This document shows positions 36,426 to 50,349 of a DNA stretch of 64,000 nucleotides, one piece after another (positions within the stretch are counted from its first letter, which is position 1; each line of letters opens with the position of its first letter). Source of the stretch: Macrostomum lignano. Lineage: Eukaryota. A program made the translations under genes and the position numbers. The notes under the pieces were generated by a model. That model had not been told where the DNA came from. It made no database searches and saw nothing but the letters and a program-made list of their open reading frames with translations. The DNA lies in assembly GCA_002269645.1 (NCBI GenBank), contig NIVC01000697.1, forward strand, positions 210,196 through 274,195. Reading direction: 5' to 3'.

Positions 36426-36619
36426 TTCCCAGTGATCCCATTTTATCAATGAAACCATCAGCTCAAAAATTTTTCTTCAGAAGATATAATTTAAAAAATC
36501 ATTCAGACCATGACTTCTGTAACTCAAGCCTACTCGATACTTACTACTGTAAGTAGAAAAACAAGAGTATGATTATATTAAATAATTAATGTATATATAA
36601 ATAATATCACTAAACTCAC

Positions 36620-37302
36620 ATTGTGGGGTCGCTTTCACAAGCCCTAAATTTCACAACGTCGCAAGACACAAACTTTCATAAGCTCTAAATTTCATAAACC
36701 CTAATTTTCACATCGTCGAAAAGTTGTGCACAGTATTTCATAAGCTCTAAATTTTACAAGCTCTAAATTTCACAACGTCGAAAACAAAACTTGCATCAGA
36801 CTGCATAAACTATAAATTTCACAAGCCCTACTTTTCATAAGACCTAATTTTCACAACGTCTAAAAGCACGTCTGAGAGATTGTATCTCCATAGTGTTTTT
36901 AGGCGTTGTGAAATTTAGGTCTTGTGAAAGATTGTATCTCCAGTGTTTTTAGGCGTTGTGAAATTGAGCTTGTGAAATTTAGAGCTTCTGAAAAAAGAAG
37001 CAAATTTAATTTTCGACGTTGTGATATTTAGGGTTTGTGAAATTTAGAGCTTTTGAAATTCTGTGCATGCCTTTTAGGTGTTATGAAATTTAGGGCTTGT
37101 GAAATTTAGGTCTTGTGAAATCTGCTGCATTGCTTATTTTCGACGTTGTGAAAATTAGGGCTTGTGAAATTTAGGTCTTGTGAAATCTGCTGCATTGCTT
37201 ATTTTCGACGTTGTGAAAATTAGGGTTTATGAAATATAGTTCTTATGAAAGGTTCTGGTTTCGACGTTGTGAAAATTAGGGTTTGTGAAACGACCCTACA
37301 TT
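36620..37302. mobile_element. Foldback-type element built of ~16-bp subrepeats in inverted arms
   Basis: Left arm tttcacaagccctaaa / tttcacaacgtcg units, right arm their reverse complements; termini ggggtcgctttcaca / tgtgaaacgaccct. Confidence 0.8.
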
Positions 37303-38204
37303 ATGATATCTAGAAGAAACTTTTATCTACACTCAATTGCAGCATTGGTATAATAATTTCTCAAACATTTATCAATCGCAAAGAATAATTTAACAGGCAT
37401 GTTTCGGTTGTAAGGTCACTACCTGAAATGGCATTAGTTTTACAACTAGTTGTTGCCATTGGTCAGCTCATTTATGGCTGTGAAATTTGGTTTTTATTTT
37501 TTATTTGCCCCACTTTCGGCCTTCTTAAGTCGCACGCAATAAAACGATCTGACGGAGGTGGTCGCATGGAGTACGAAAATAGCTTAGACTGGAGTGGAGT
37601 ATCTATGATCACCATGGATAGGGAAAATGGAAGTTTCCAATCCAGATACCTCTCTAGCTTAAGAACTCCGCGACTCAGACCACAGAGAGGCCGCGCTAAC
37701 GTTTAATGGCCAGAGGCTGATAGTGGGGGGTTATTGTTTCCCAGTCAGTCTCACTCTGGACATATCCTGAGGCCTTGCCAGGGATCTGGGAAGCATTATT
37801 CTTAGCTCCAGTTCCCATTCATTATTCACGCATCGTGGCGGCGCATGCGTGGATATTCGCCCTCCCTCCTGACTGATTTGGCGATTGTCAAACTTTCTTA
37901 GAAAATTTCCGGCTTCTAATATGCTGAATGCTCTCCAGTTCTCAAGGGGGGAGAGAAGGAGTTTATCCCCTGTTTCCATTCTGAGAATTTTGCCTATACT
38001 GAGGAAACACTGATTGAAGAGGAGTTTTGCATGGTTAAAGCTCCCGTGTCAATTCGCGCCTACGTCAATGAACAACGCGGTATTTTCCGTCTGATTCCTG
38101 TAGTAAATATTTTGGCTGTAACAATTGGTTGCCAGGATATTTAAACGATGTGAAAAATTGTCAACACAAAAATAAGCCTGTGGGTTTTTATAGAATATAC
38201 TGTA

Positions 38205-38760
38205 CTTTCTGTCCCTTCCATCCGATAATTGCTGCCCCCAGCCAATCAGTGCGCTAGGAGAGCCAGTAGACAGGGGTAGAAAATATCAGTGTACAGTTAA
38301 ATAGTTTCCGTCCCTTCAATCCGAAAATTGCTGCCTCCAGCCAATCAGTGCGCTAGGAGAGCCAGTAGACAGGGGTAGAAAATATCAGTGTACAGTTAAA
38401 TAGTTTCCGTCCCTTCAATCCGAAAATTGCTGCCTCCAGCCAATCAGTGCGCTAGGAGAGCCAGTAGACAGGGGTAGAAAATATCAGTGTACAGTTAAAT
38501 AGTTTCCGTCCCTTCAATCCGATAATTGCTGCCTCCAGCCAATCAGTGCGCTAGGAGAGCCAGTAGACAGGGGTAGAAAATATCAGTGTACTGTTAAATA
38601 GTTTCCGTCCCTTCAATCCGATAAATGGTGCCTCCAGCCAATCAGTGCGCTAGGAGAGCCAGTAGACAGGGGTAGAAAATATCAGTGTACTTTTAAATAG
38701 TTTCCGTCCCTTCAATCCGATAAATGGTGCCCCCAGCCAATCAGCGCGCTAGAAGAGTCC
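38205..38760. repeat. 99-bp minisatellite, ~5.6 copies, each with AGCCAATCAG
   Basis: gccaatcag at 38241, 38340, 38439, 38538, 38637, 38736. Confidence 0.95.
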
Positions 38761-39343
38761 AGTAAACAGGAATAGAACTTGTACGAGCGTACGAGCTAAA
38801 ATTTCATAGCGGTCCGGTCAACATAAAAACTGATTTCTCGTCGCATATTTAATTTCTATAAAAAATCTATAATCGCATAATGTCTCATTTAAAATATGCC
38901 CGTATGTAAGCCAATATAAGCAGCTTTGAATAAGTGGAGAAACCAAGAATAGAAAATTCCCCCAGGAAAAAATTACAGCACACCTAATCCTGGATAAACA
39001 TTGAAAAGTTTGTTTTCCAACACTGGAGTGGTATACCTATTCTTTGCATGGGGCACAGAGTTTGATAGCCTCATTGGCAGCTCCTCGAGGTCTACATCCC
39101 TAGCCCCAGCTCAGTCACAACAACTCACCAGTCCTACTAGCCAATAGAAAGCCAGGGAGGAAACGGATAGAGATTGATGGGGCCATCTATTCACGCTATC
39201 GTTTCCTAGACTCCTCTCCCAGCTCCTCATTTCTTTCTCTCTTTCTTATCTACCGGCTTGCCTCTGCCTTACCTCTCCCCAATGCCGATAAGAAGCCATA
39301 GTCGCCAATAAATCTTTCTTTGACAACACTTATCTGCTTCTAG

Positions 39344-39606
39344 CGCCGGACAAAACTTTGCTTGGACAAAGGATGCAACAGAACACTCGCTAAGCTGTCT
39401 GGAGCAATGTCCTCGTCACCCTCATCTGCTTCTGCCACAGTTGCTGGTCGGCCAAATACAAAAATTCTGAAACAGAGACGCAACGCTGCGTTGTTTGTTG
39501 TTGAGACAGACGATGAAGCTACGGTAGCCAGTGGCTATCCAGACTCCTCCTCGGCGCCGGCTGCCGCTGCCGGCGGGAGGCGAAGCGGCCAGCGTTCGCG
39601 GAACGG
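39344..39606 (+). CDS. Candidate upstream exon of the Hv gene (RRTKLCLDKG...QRSRN)
   Basis: ttctag acceptor, open frame, GTGAGG donor; phase 2 matches exon 42885. Confidence 0.45.
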
Positions 39607-39681
39607 GTGAGGGGCGAGCCGCTCATTTCGTGACGAGCGGCTATTATTCCATTATTTAGGCCGGGCTGCAGCTGCTCCTGC

Positions 39682-40324
<643 letters not shown>

Positions 40325-40816
40325 TGGGGATATAACTTGCATCAAGGATGTTGTCACGCAGAAATTATTTTAATAACTTCCCCTCCGAGTTAGACAACTG
40401 CGATTTGAGCTGCTTTGAGTCCCATATTAGGCAGGCAGACAGTATACATTATTTCGGAATAAGCACTTGTGCGTCGACACCTTTTATTAACCAGCCAGCA
40501 CGACTCGTGCTTCTCTCTACACCTAATTCGAATCTATTGGAACCATGTCCGCCCGGCTTTGCTAAGGTAATCAACTGGGATAAGTCATCATAATATTTTA
40601 ATAGAAATCAAAGGCCAGACCCGTAGAATCCAATTCTTCCCAAATATTTCTACACGGAGGGACAGGAACGGCTTTATAATGAACAGGTTGAACTATCTGG
40701 CGCGACATGGAGGCTGATAATTGAGAAATTGTGTGAGAGGCGGGCGCAATTCGCTTAAAATGTCTAACGTCAAACGCTGCTGTCTTCTTAGATTGAATCC
40801 ACTTCTGCATGGGCAG

Positions 40817-41381
40817 GTGGGATTGTCACTCTGATGAGCGTCTGAATGCACACCCACTACCTACATTCAGTCCAGGGATTGTCACTCTGATGAGCGTCTG
40901 AATGCACACCCACTACCTACATTCAGTCCAGGGATTGTCACTCTGATGAGCGTCAGAATGCACACCCACTACCTACATTCAGTCCAGGGATTGTCACTCT
41001 GATGAGCGTCAGAATGCACACCCACTACCTACATTCAGTCCAGGGATTGTCACTCTGATGAGCGTCAGAATGCACACCCACTACCTACATTCAGTCCAGG
41101 GATTGTCACTCTGATGAGCGTCTGAATGCACACCCACTACCTACATTCAGTCCAGGGATTGTCACTCTGATGAGCGTCTGAATGCACACCCACTACCTAC
41201 ATTCAGTCCAGGGATTGTCACTCTGATGAGCGTCTGAATGCACACCCACTACCTACATTCAGTCCAGGGATTGTCACTCTGATGAGCGTCAGAATGCACA
41301 CCCACTACCTACATTCAGTCCAGGGATTGTCACTCTGATGAGCGTCTGAATGCACACCCACTACTACCTACATTCAGTCCA
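40817..41381. repeat. 56-bp minisatellite, 10 copies
   Basis: Unit gggattgtcactctgatgagcgtctgaatgcacacccactacctacattcagtcca. Confidence 0.97.
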
Positions 41382-41591
41382 ATACACATTAATCATAAAT
41401 GGGTGTTTTTCTCCGTCACTGCAGTGAAGTACTTTAGCAAACTTAAGTTACCTCGGTCAGCAGCTGCCTGACAAACTTTGATTGTTAAAGAATCTCTGAC
41501 TTCATTGGCTTTTTCAAAGCTTTCTTTAGAAAGAAAAAAGGAACCAATGTAAATTTTAATGGGGTTAAAATATCTTGTTGGATAACTCCGG

Positions 41592-41964
41592 GGGGCCGTC
41601 TCCTAGTGGTCTGGTGCGGCGCTCTGATGCGCCAGCGGCCCAGGCTCGATTCCCAGTGCAGTAAACATTGATTTGGGACTAAATTGGAATCTCGGCTTGG
41701 CTCTGCTCGTGAAATTAACGCCCTTGAACTCGAAGGCCAACCCCCAAGGCACAGTGAAGTGTACATGCCTAACATCGATAAACTTAGGGCCGCTGTACAC
41801 TCCTGTGTGAGTGCGTGCCTGTGCGTATGACTGCGTACGTATCCGCGCGCTTGTGTTCCTGCTCAGGGGAGTCGGCGGAATGGGTAGTAATGCCTCTCGC
41901 CGGTTGTGTGACAATGTCGCTTAAAGTGCGCCAGGGTGCACACAGACCCTAACCACTAAAAAAA
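41592..41964 (+). mobile_element. tRNA-derived SINE, copy 2
   Basis: A-box-like TAGTGGTCTGG, B-box GGCTCGATTCCC, body homologous to 17060-17423, A-rich end. Confidence 0.85.
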
Positions 41965-42172
41965 CTGAATGATTCCTTTAAGGACTGCTGTAACGCCTGT
42001 TTTTTTACTAATTATTGTGTCGAAAAATTTCTAAATAGTTTTTTGCGGAAAGTACTATTTTGTGTATCGCCGGCTATTTATTGCAGCAAAATATTAATTT
42101 ACGCGCCTTGTCAGCGGGAACTGGCCGTGGCCGCGCTCCCCTTTGACCCGGGCAAGCGGACTGTCTGCGACT

Positions 42173-42193
42173 GAGCCAATGGGGGCGGGGGGC
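42173..42193 (+). promoter_or_regulatory. Adjacent CCAAT box and GC box (possible promoter)
   Basis: gagccaatgggggcgggggg in a GC-rich patch ~700 bp upstream of exon 42885. Confidence 0.25.
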
Positions 42194-42291
42194 AGAGAGG
42201 GGCACTTTGATTAGCGTCCCCCGACTCGAATCTGTTTTGGCAGACCACTCTGCCCACCCCGCCCCCTGGAGACGGGAGCATCGCTTTCAAG

Positions 42292-42339
<48 letters not shown>

Positions 42340-42884
42340 TCTGAAAGTGGACTCCACCGCTGAAGGAGGCGGGCCTACTGAAGCGTGCGCAAGGCCACCG
42401 AGGCTGTGGCTCAAACCCATTAATGACGATGAGGGACTCTACATAGCTTAGATATTGGTCTCTTATCCAACTAAAAATCCACATAGCGAGTCTCTGTCTC
42501 GACTGGAATTCTGAGAACCCGGGGTCTTCCAAATCCTCTTCGACCTGAGAGACTTAGCCGTCGGAAATACTTTTTTCTTACTTTCTTGTTAGGCCGTCAC
42601 TTTGGCCTGCTTTCCTATGCGCGGTTTCTCTTGCTAATAACTGTTATCTATGAATCAATAATTAGGGTATTAAGCTGATGTTGGACTCCAGCATCTACCA
42701 ATCGGAATCTGAGCATCTGTCAGCTCAAGCACGCCATGCTGAACCGCAACTACTGGTTACTTTATAATGTCACGATGACAATGAATGATAAATAAGTTCC
42801 TCTGCATCATTGCGCAGACTCAGTTGTGCTCGAACTAACACTATATTTACTTTACTTACTGTTACTTATTTTTACTAATTCCAG

Positions 42885-43010
42885 GTACTCCTACCAGTTC
42901 GGATGGATGAACAACAAGAAGTTTATCAAGCAGTTGCAGAAGGACAATATCGACTTGGCCATCCTACAGAGCGAAATCGGGGCTGTCAGCACCAAGCGGC
43001 GAAAGAAATC
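42885..43010 (+). CDS. Candidate N-terminal exon of the Hv gene (YSYQFGWMNNKKFIKQLQKDNIDLAILQSEIGAVSTKRRKKS)
   Basis: Strong pyrimidine tract plus ccag acceptor, coding-like codon usage, GTTAGT donor; phases fit 39606 and 47826. Confidence 0.6.
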
Positions 43011-43044
43011 GTTAGTGAAATGAGGTTTATTTGCAGCGTCCGTG

Positions 43045-44130
43045 TAGGTTTGTGTCAGACAGCTATGCATCAGTGCAGGTTTGTGTCAGACACCTATGAA
43101 TCAGTGTAGATTTGTGTCAGACATCTATGCATCAGTGTAGATTTGTGTCAGACATCTATGCATCGGTGCAGGTTTGTGTCAGACATCTATGCATCGGTGC
43201 AGGTTTGTGTCAGACACCTATGAATCAGTGCAGATTTGTGTCAGACATCTATGCATCAGTGTAGATTTGTGTCAGACAGCTATGCATAGGTGTAGATTTG
43301 TGTCAGACATCTATGAATCAGTGTAGATTTGTGTCAGACATCTATGAATCAGTGCAGATTTGTGTCAGACAGCTATGCATAGGTGTAGATTTGTGTCAGA
43401 CATCTATGAATCAGTGCAGATTTGTGTCAGACAGCTATGCATAGGTGTAGATTTGTGTCAGACATCTATGAATCAGTGCAGATTTGTGTCAGACATCTAT
43501 GCATCAGTGTAGATTTGTGTCAGACATCTATGCATCAGTGTAGATTTGTGTCAGACATCTATGCACCGGTGCAGATTTGTGTCAGACATCTATGAATCAG
43601 TGCAGATTTGTGTCAGACATCCATGCATCAGTGTAGATTTGTGTCAGACATCTGTGCATCAGTGCAGGTTTGTGTCAGACATCTATGCATCAGCATCAGT
43701 GTAGATTTGTGTCAGACATCTATGAATCAGTGCAGATTTGTGTCAGACATCTATGCATCAGTGTAGATTTGTGTCAGACATCTATGTATCAGTGTAGATT
43801 TGTGTCAGACATCTATGCATCAGTGTAGATTTGTGTCAGACATCTATGCATCGGTGCAGATTTGTGTCAGACACCTATGAATCAGTGCAGATTTGTGTCA
43901 GACATCCATGAATCAGTGCAGATTTGTGTCAGACATCTATGAATCAGTGCAGATTTGTGTCAGACATCCATGCATCAGTGTAGATTTGTGTCAGACATCT
44001 ATGAATCAGTGCAGATTTGTGTCAGACATCCATGCATCAGTGTAGATTTGTGTCAGACATCTATGCATCGGTGCAGATTTGTGTCAGACATCTATGAATC
44101 AGTGCAGATTTGTGTCAGACATCTGCCGTG
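43045..44130. repeat. 31-bp minisatellite, ~35 copies
   Basis: Unit gatttgtgtcagacatctatgcatcagtgta. Confidence 0.97.
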
Positions 44131-44439
44131 TAGATTTATGTCGGTCACTTTTCTGACCACAGCATGGCTTTGCAGGATGACTAAAAGATGAATTTGCATA
44201 GCTATCAATGTCGGAGAAACTTTTGTGGAGAAGTCAAAAGTTGGATTTTCAGGCGCTTTGCGTTGCGTAACAGCTTCAGCGCTAATGCGTTTGAATGGCT
44301 GGGCAAAGGGATTAAGCAGGACTGCCAGTGGGGCAGATAACCGCCTGTCGCTGTGTCTGCGTAATTTCCATGCAAATTTTATTTCAGTAAATTCGGGTTG
44401 TGCCAGACACGATATCGATTTGCGGATTGTTACATTGGC

Positions 44440-45545
44440 CCTTCCAGATCCTCTGTTGCTCGGCAGCCACCCTCCCAGATTCTCAGTTGCTGGGCAGACA
44501 CCCTCCCAGATTTTCAGTTGCTGGGCAGCCACCCTCCCAGATCCTCAGTTGCTGGGCAGACACCCTCCCAGATCCTCAGTTGCTGGGCAGACACCCTCCC
44601 AGATCCTCAGTTGCTGGGCAGCCACCCTCCCAGATTCTCTGTTGATCCTCAGTTGCTGGGCAGACACCCTCCCAGATCCTCAGTTGCTGGGCAGACACCC
44701 TCCCAGATTCTCAGTTGATCCTCAGTTGCTGGGCAGCCACCCTCCCAGATTCTCAGTTGATCCTCAGTTGCTGGGCAGACACCCTCCCAGATTCTCAGTT
44801 GATCCTCAGTTGCTGGGCAGACACCCTCCCAGATCCTCAGTTGCTGGGCAGACACCCTCCCAGATTCTCTGTTGATCCTCAGTTGCTGGGCAGACACCCT
44901 CCCAGATCCTCAGTTGCTGGACAGACACCCTCCCAGATTCTTTGTTGATCCTCAGTTGCTGGGCAGGCACCCTCCCAGATTCTCTGTTGATCCTCAGTTG
45001 CTGGGCAGCCACCCTCCCAGATCCTCGGTTGCTGCGCCATCACCAGCCTCCCAGATCATCGGTTGCTGGGCCATCACCAGCCTCCCGGATCCTCAGTTGC
45101 TGGGCAGCCACCCTCCCAGATTCTCAGTTGATCCTCAGTTGCTGGGCAGACACCCTCCCAGATTCTCAGTTGATCCTCAGTTGCTGGGCAGACACCCTCC
45201 CAGATCCTCAGTTGCTGGGCAGACACCCTCCCAGATTCTCTGTTGATCCTCAGTTGCTGGGCAGACACCCTCCCAGATCCTCAGTTGCTGGACAGACACC
45301 CTCCCAGATTCTTTGTTGATCCTCAGTTGCTGGGCAGGCACCCTCCCAGATTCTCTGTTGATCCTCAGTTGCTGGGCAGCCACCCTCCCAGATCCTCGGT
45401 TGCTGCGCCATCACCAGCCTCCCAGATCATCGGTTGCTGGGCCATCACCAGCCTCCCGGATTCTCAGTTGCTGGGCAGCCACCCTCCCAGATCCTCGGTT
45501 GCTGGGCCATCACCAGCCTCCCAGATCCTCGGTTGCTGGGCCATC
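44440..45545. repeat. 31/42-bp minisatellite with a 371-bp higher-order duplication
   Basis: Unit gatcctcagttgctgggcagacaccctccca; identical track ORFs 44806-45012 and 45177-45383 are offset by 371 bp. Confidence 0.95.
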
Positions 45546-46649
45546 GCCATACCAGATCCTTTAGCTTTAGTTTGGCTACTCCAAATGCACTCTTTGTACT
45601 CACAGTGTACTTCAACTCTGAGCTGAGAGAAAGCGAGATGAAAGTAAGATAAAATGAAGACGAGCAAAGGCAGTAACTGAGCAGGAGCCTGTACTCGCAG
45701 AAAGTTAATTAGTGAATTTAATTATCACAATATTTCAAGTGCTGGCAGATACTAATTCCCGACTCCTCCTTGATGGGGATTGCAAAAGGGCCAAGCCCAG
45801 GGATTCTCTGTGGAATGCACCATCAACACTATGGAATCATTAACGTTGACTAGACAGCAGCAATTCGCAGCATGGCATCCTTTAGATGCTACTGCTATTA
45901 GTAAAACTAGCCAATGCTTTCTAGCGGGAGTATTTTCTAGAATCACTTTATTCACACAGTTTTGGCTACTTTCAGTAGTATTTTGGCTATTCAGATGTGT
46001 CAGAATTGGACAGCACGACATCTGTAATTTTTTTACCATCGTCCTTTCCAGCCGCTTTTGTCACCTGTTGAGAGAGTCCGCAGGGGATTGACTCACCTGT
46101 GAAAATTTGAAGTTGATGCTTCGCTTTAAAGCTACAGCAGTGGAGACGAACTCAATTCCTTGAGTTCTTATTCTTGATGGCAGCTGGGAAAAGCCTGGCG
46201 GATTAAAAATCTGAGTCAATTTGAGTTCTAGCCGAGCAGCTGTCTGCAGATTATCAACTCGGTGGGACGGGGATTTGCTGAGGCCATCTTCATTTCATGG
46301 GGATGCAGGAGGCACCGATCAGGGCCGGTGCGGGGGCGGCTGTCACGGCGGGGCAGCGTGCTGCCGCTGCTGCTATAGGGACTTTAGGCCTGCTCAAGCT
46401 CTCATCTACATGTAAAGCCGAAGGAGGAATTTCTTCTGGGTGCTTTCAGAGATAAGTTCTGCTTTTCTTGACGCCTTAGACTGGTGCACCGCATATTTTA
46501 TGGCATTCTTCATGTCCTACAGGATCTAGAGTCGAAGGCAAGCCGAGAAACACTTTGGGGGCATTGAGCAACTTACTTAAAACGAGTCAAAAGCCAAGCT
46601 CTCTCAAGCAACTCCTGTCCGTCTCTTTTTTCAACTCTTTACCCCCCTC

Positions 46650-47525
46650 CCCAAATCCATCGCAATGTACACACACACGGACCCTCCAAATCAATCTTAA
46701 TGTACACACACTCTGACCCTCCAAATCAATCTTAATGTACACACACTCTGACCCTCCAAATCAATCTTAATGTACACACACTCTGACCCTCCAAATCAAT
46801 CTTAATGTACACACTCTCTGACCCTCCAAATCAATCGCAATGTACACACTCTCTGACCCTCCAAATCAATCTTAATGTACACACTCTCTGACCCTACAAA
46901 TCCATCGCAATGTACACACTCTCTGACCCTCCAAATCAATCTTAATGTACACACTCTCTGACCCTCCAAATCAATCTTAATGTACACACTCTCTGACCCT
47001 ACAAATCCATCGCAATGTACACACTCTCTGACCCTCCAAATCAATCTCAATGTACACACACTCTGACCCTCCAAATCCATCTCAATGTACACACTCTCTG
47101 ACCCTCCAAATCAATCTTAATGTACACACACTCTGACCCTCCAAATCAATCTTAATGTACACACACACGGACCCTCCAAAACCATCGCAATGTACACACA
47201 TTCTGACCCTCCAAATCCATCGCAATGTACACACACACTGACCCTCCGAATCCATCGCAATGTACACACACACGGACCCTCCAAATCAATCTCAATGTAC
47301 ACACACTCTGACCCTCCAAATCAATCTCAATGTACACACTCTCTGACCCTCCGAATCCATCGCAATGTACACACTCTCTGACCCTCCAAATCAATCTTAA
47401 TGTACACACTCTCTGACCCTCCAAATCAATCTTAATGTACACACACTCTGACCCTCCAAATCCATCGCAATGTACACACACTCTGACCCTCCAAATCCAT
47501 CGCAATGTACACACACACGGACCCT
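46650..47525. repeat. 35-bp minisatellite
   Basis: Unit ctgaccctccaaatcaatcttaatgtacacactct. Confidence 0.95.
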
Positions 47526-47825
47526 CGAAAATAACCCCACTTCATTTCAATGTAAGCACACAATACCCTTCAAAACAATCTGAGCCCATCACAACAGACA
47601 GGCTCACGAATTCTTCTCCTCAAAACTCTAGCACAGAAAGTTGCATTAATATTGATATTTCATTGTCATCATGTCCGCATTTTGCTGCCACTCTCCCTGC
47701 TTCTCTCCGCCGAGAGCTCCCATTCGCTGTCGAATCATAAATAAGCATAACTTGGGATAACCCTGCGGCAGGTCGGGCATATAGAATAAGAAGGTTTAAA
47801 CTCTATCAGTAGCATTTGCCCCGAG

Positions 47826-48106
47826 CATTGAGGTGATGTCAGAGCCCAGCTCTCAGCTCAGCCTGTTGCCAGGCAGCTGGCGTCATCAGCGAGACTCGCC
47901 TCCCATTGATGAGGAGGAAATTTACCAGAGAAGTCGCGGCCCCAGCTCTAAGAATCCGCATTCCGTTCGGGCCCGTTACAGGTGGCGCGAACGGCTGCTG
48001 CACGTGATCCGGTCCAATGCTGCGCAGATCATCCTGTGCGCTCTGGTGCTCATCGATGCGGTCATTGTCATAGCTGAGATCATCCTGGAGATCAAGGCCA
48101 TCACCA
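47826..48106 (+). CDS. HVCN1: Voltage-gated proton channel exon: S0-S1
   Basis: RWRERLLHVIRSNAAQIILCALVLIDAVIVIAEIILE aligns with Hv1 S1 (LVVLDALLVLAELILD); selectivity Asp codon at 48055-48057; GTGAGT donor; 5' boundary uncertain. Confidence 0.9.
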
Positions 48107-48174
48107 GTGAGTTCTTCGCGGACTGGGGCGCGGGATGAGCCTGGTCTGGCTCAGTGATTTGTTTGTGCTAACCG

Positions 48175-48850
48175 ATAGATGAAGGAATAGAGTGGGTTGC
48201 TAATCTAGCCAACATCATGATTGATGAAGGAATAGAATGGATTACTAATCTAGCCAACATTATGATTGATGAAGGAATAGAATGGATTGCTAATCTAACC
48301 AACATCATGATTAATGAAGGAATAAATGGATTGCTAATCTAGCCAACATCATGATTGATGAAGGAATGGAATGGATTGCTAATCTAGCCAACATTATGAT
48401 TGATGAAGGAATAGAATGGATTACTAATCTAGCCAACATTATGATTGATGAAGGAATAAATAGATAGCTAATCTAGCCAACATCATGATTGATGAAGGAA
48501 TGGAATGGATTGCTAATCTAGCCAACATCATGATTGATGAAGGAATGGAATGGATTGCTAATCTAGCCTGCATCATGATTGATGAAGGAATGGAATGGAT
48601 TGCTAATCTAGCCTGTATCATGATTGGTGAAGGAATGGAATGGATTGCTAATCTAGCCTGCATCATGATTGATGAAGGAATGGAATGGATTGCTAATCTA
48701 GCCTGCATCATGATTGATGAAGGAATAAATGGATTGCTAATCTAGCCAACATCATGATTGATGAAGGAATAAATGGATTGCTAATCTAGCCTACATCATG
48801 GATGCAGGAATAGAGTGGATTGCTAATCTAGCCAAAATCACGGATGAAAG
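48175..48850. repeat. 45-bp minisatellite
   Basis: Unit gatgaaggaatggaatggattgctaatctagccaacatcatgatt. Confidence 0.95.
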
Positions 48851-49725
48851 AATAGATTGAATTGCTGCTTAATACCAGTAAAGAAGAATCAGAATCATAT
48901 TTCCATACATTTGAAGTCAGAAGCCATTAGAAAATGTCTCTTGACAAGCTGACCGCTAAATGCCGCCCATCCTGGCAACACAACTCATAACTGCCTTTCC
49001 TTGCTTTCTTACTCGCCAAAGAGTGGATCAGCCCTTCACTGTCACTGAGTGCATGTCGCCAGGTCATTCATTACGGCCAGAAGTGCACCCGCTGAATCCC
49101 CTGGAATCCCAGCACTCCCGGAGTCGTCCATCATCTGCGAATTGTCGCTTTGTATTTTTGCACCCTAAGATTCTTCAAGTTGGCCTCGCACAATGCGGCA
49201 GAGCCACAGTTTCCACTTTCGCTATAAAATAATATACGCATCCTATAGTTATGATTGACAGTTCGAGTTTGGGCAGAAAATCTAAAAAACCGCACCATAC
49301 TTGGGATAGAGAGTTCGGTTCGAATGGGGTATTGGTATTTCTATGAAATCAATTATAAAGGTAATTATTATCTTAGATTTGTTATAGCTGGATAAATAAT
49401 AAGGCAGGCAGTGGAGGGAAATGGAAAAGTGAACGGAGAATTATTGATGGAATGAATTGACCTTCTAATGGACTGGCACACAAGGAGTTCAGAATCTATG
49501 CTCATATTGGGAAGCATTGGTGCAGACAATTAGTTGTCTAGCAGAAGCAAAGTTGCGACAAAAGAGGCCAATAGTTGCTAGCAGTCCGGGAAAGGTGAGT
49601 AGTCAGACTGCAAAGAAACAAAACAAAAAGCTTTTGTGGCTTTTGTAGCGTGAGTACGCTCGTACTCAAAACAAAAGCACTTCGTTGGTCCTACTGGATT
49701 GCCTGCTTTTAGAAGGCTTTTGCCA

Positions 49726-50277
49726 CCTGAATGGATTAGTGATGTGTCAGTCCAAATGGTTCAACCATGGACCTGAATGGATTAGTGATGTGTCAGTCCA
49801 AATGGTTCAACCATGGACCTGAATGGATTAGTGATGTGTCAGTCCAAATGGTTCAACCATGGACCTGAATGGATTAGTGATGTGTCAGTCCAAATGGTTC
49901 AACCATGGACCTGAATGGATTAGTGATGTGTCAGTCCAAATGGTTCAACCATGGACCTGAATGGATTAGTGATGTGTCAGTCCAAATGGTTCAACCATGG
50001 ACCTGAATGGATTAGTGATGTGTCAGTCCAAATGGTTCAACCATGGACCTGAATGGATTAGTGATGTGTCAGTCCAAATGGTTCAACCATGGACCTGAAT
50101 GGATTAGTGATGTGTCAGTCCAAATGGTTCAACCATGGACCTGAATGGATTAGTGATGTGTCAGTCCAAATGGTTCAACCATGGACCTGAATGGATTAGT
50201 GATGTGTCAGTCCAAATGGTTCAACCATGGACCTGAATGGATTAGTGATGTGTCAGTCCAAATGGTTCAACCATGGA
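49726..50277. repeat. 46-bp minisatellite, 12 apparently identical copies
   Basis: Unit cctgaatggattagtgatgtgtcagtccaaatggttcaaccatgga. Confidence 0.97.
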
Positions 50278-50349
50278 CGACTTTATTCAAGCAGCTGGAC
50301 TGGAGTCTACTCGTAATCTAGGATTCCACATGGTTCAACAAAAACTCAG

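Noticed and set aside
35454-36458. Gly/Trp-rich ORFs of up to 334 aa
   Set aside because: Translations of a poly-C/G minisatellite.
37530-37706. Exon-like frame (MEYENSLDWSGVSMITMDRENGSF...)
   Set aside because: Weak splice sites and acceptor phase does not link to 34049; insufficient support.
40817-41381. 56-bp tandem repeat containing CTGATGAG, a GTC triplet and a stem (ctgaatg/cattcag): possible satellite hammerhead ribozyme
   Set aside because: The required GAAA after stem II is absent (ACAC instead) and no stem I pairing is available even in a dimer; an Infernal hammerhead search would settle it.
46270-46420. GC-rich Ala-rich frame (MGMQEAPIRAGAGAAVTAGQRAAAAAIG...) as an alternative Hv first exon
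   Set aside because: No convincing donor in a phase matching the S1 exon and no homology; left unannotated.
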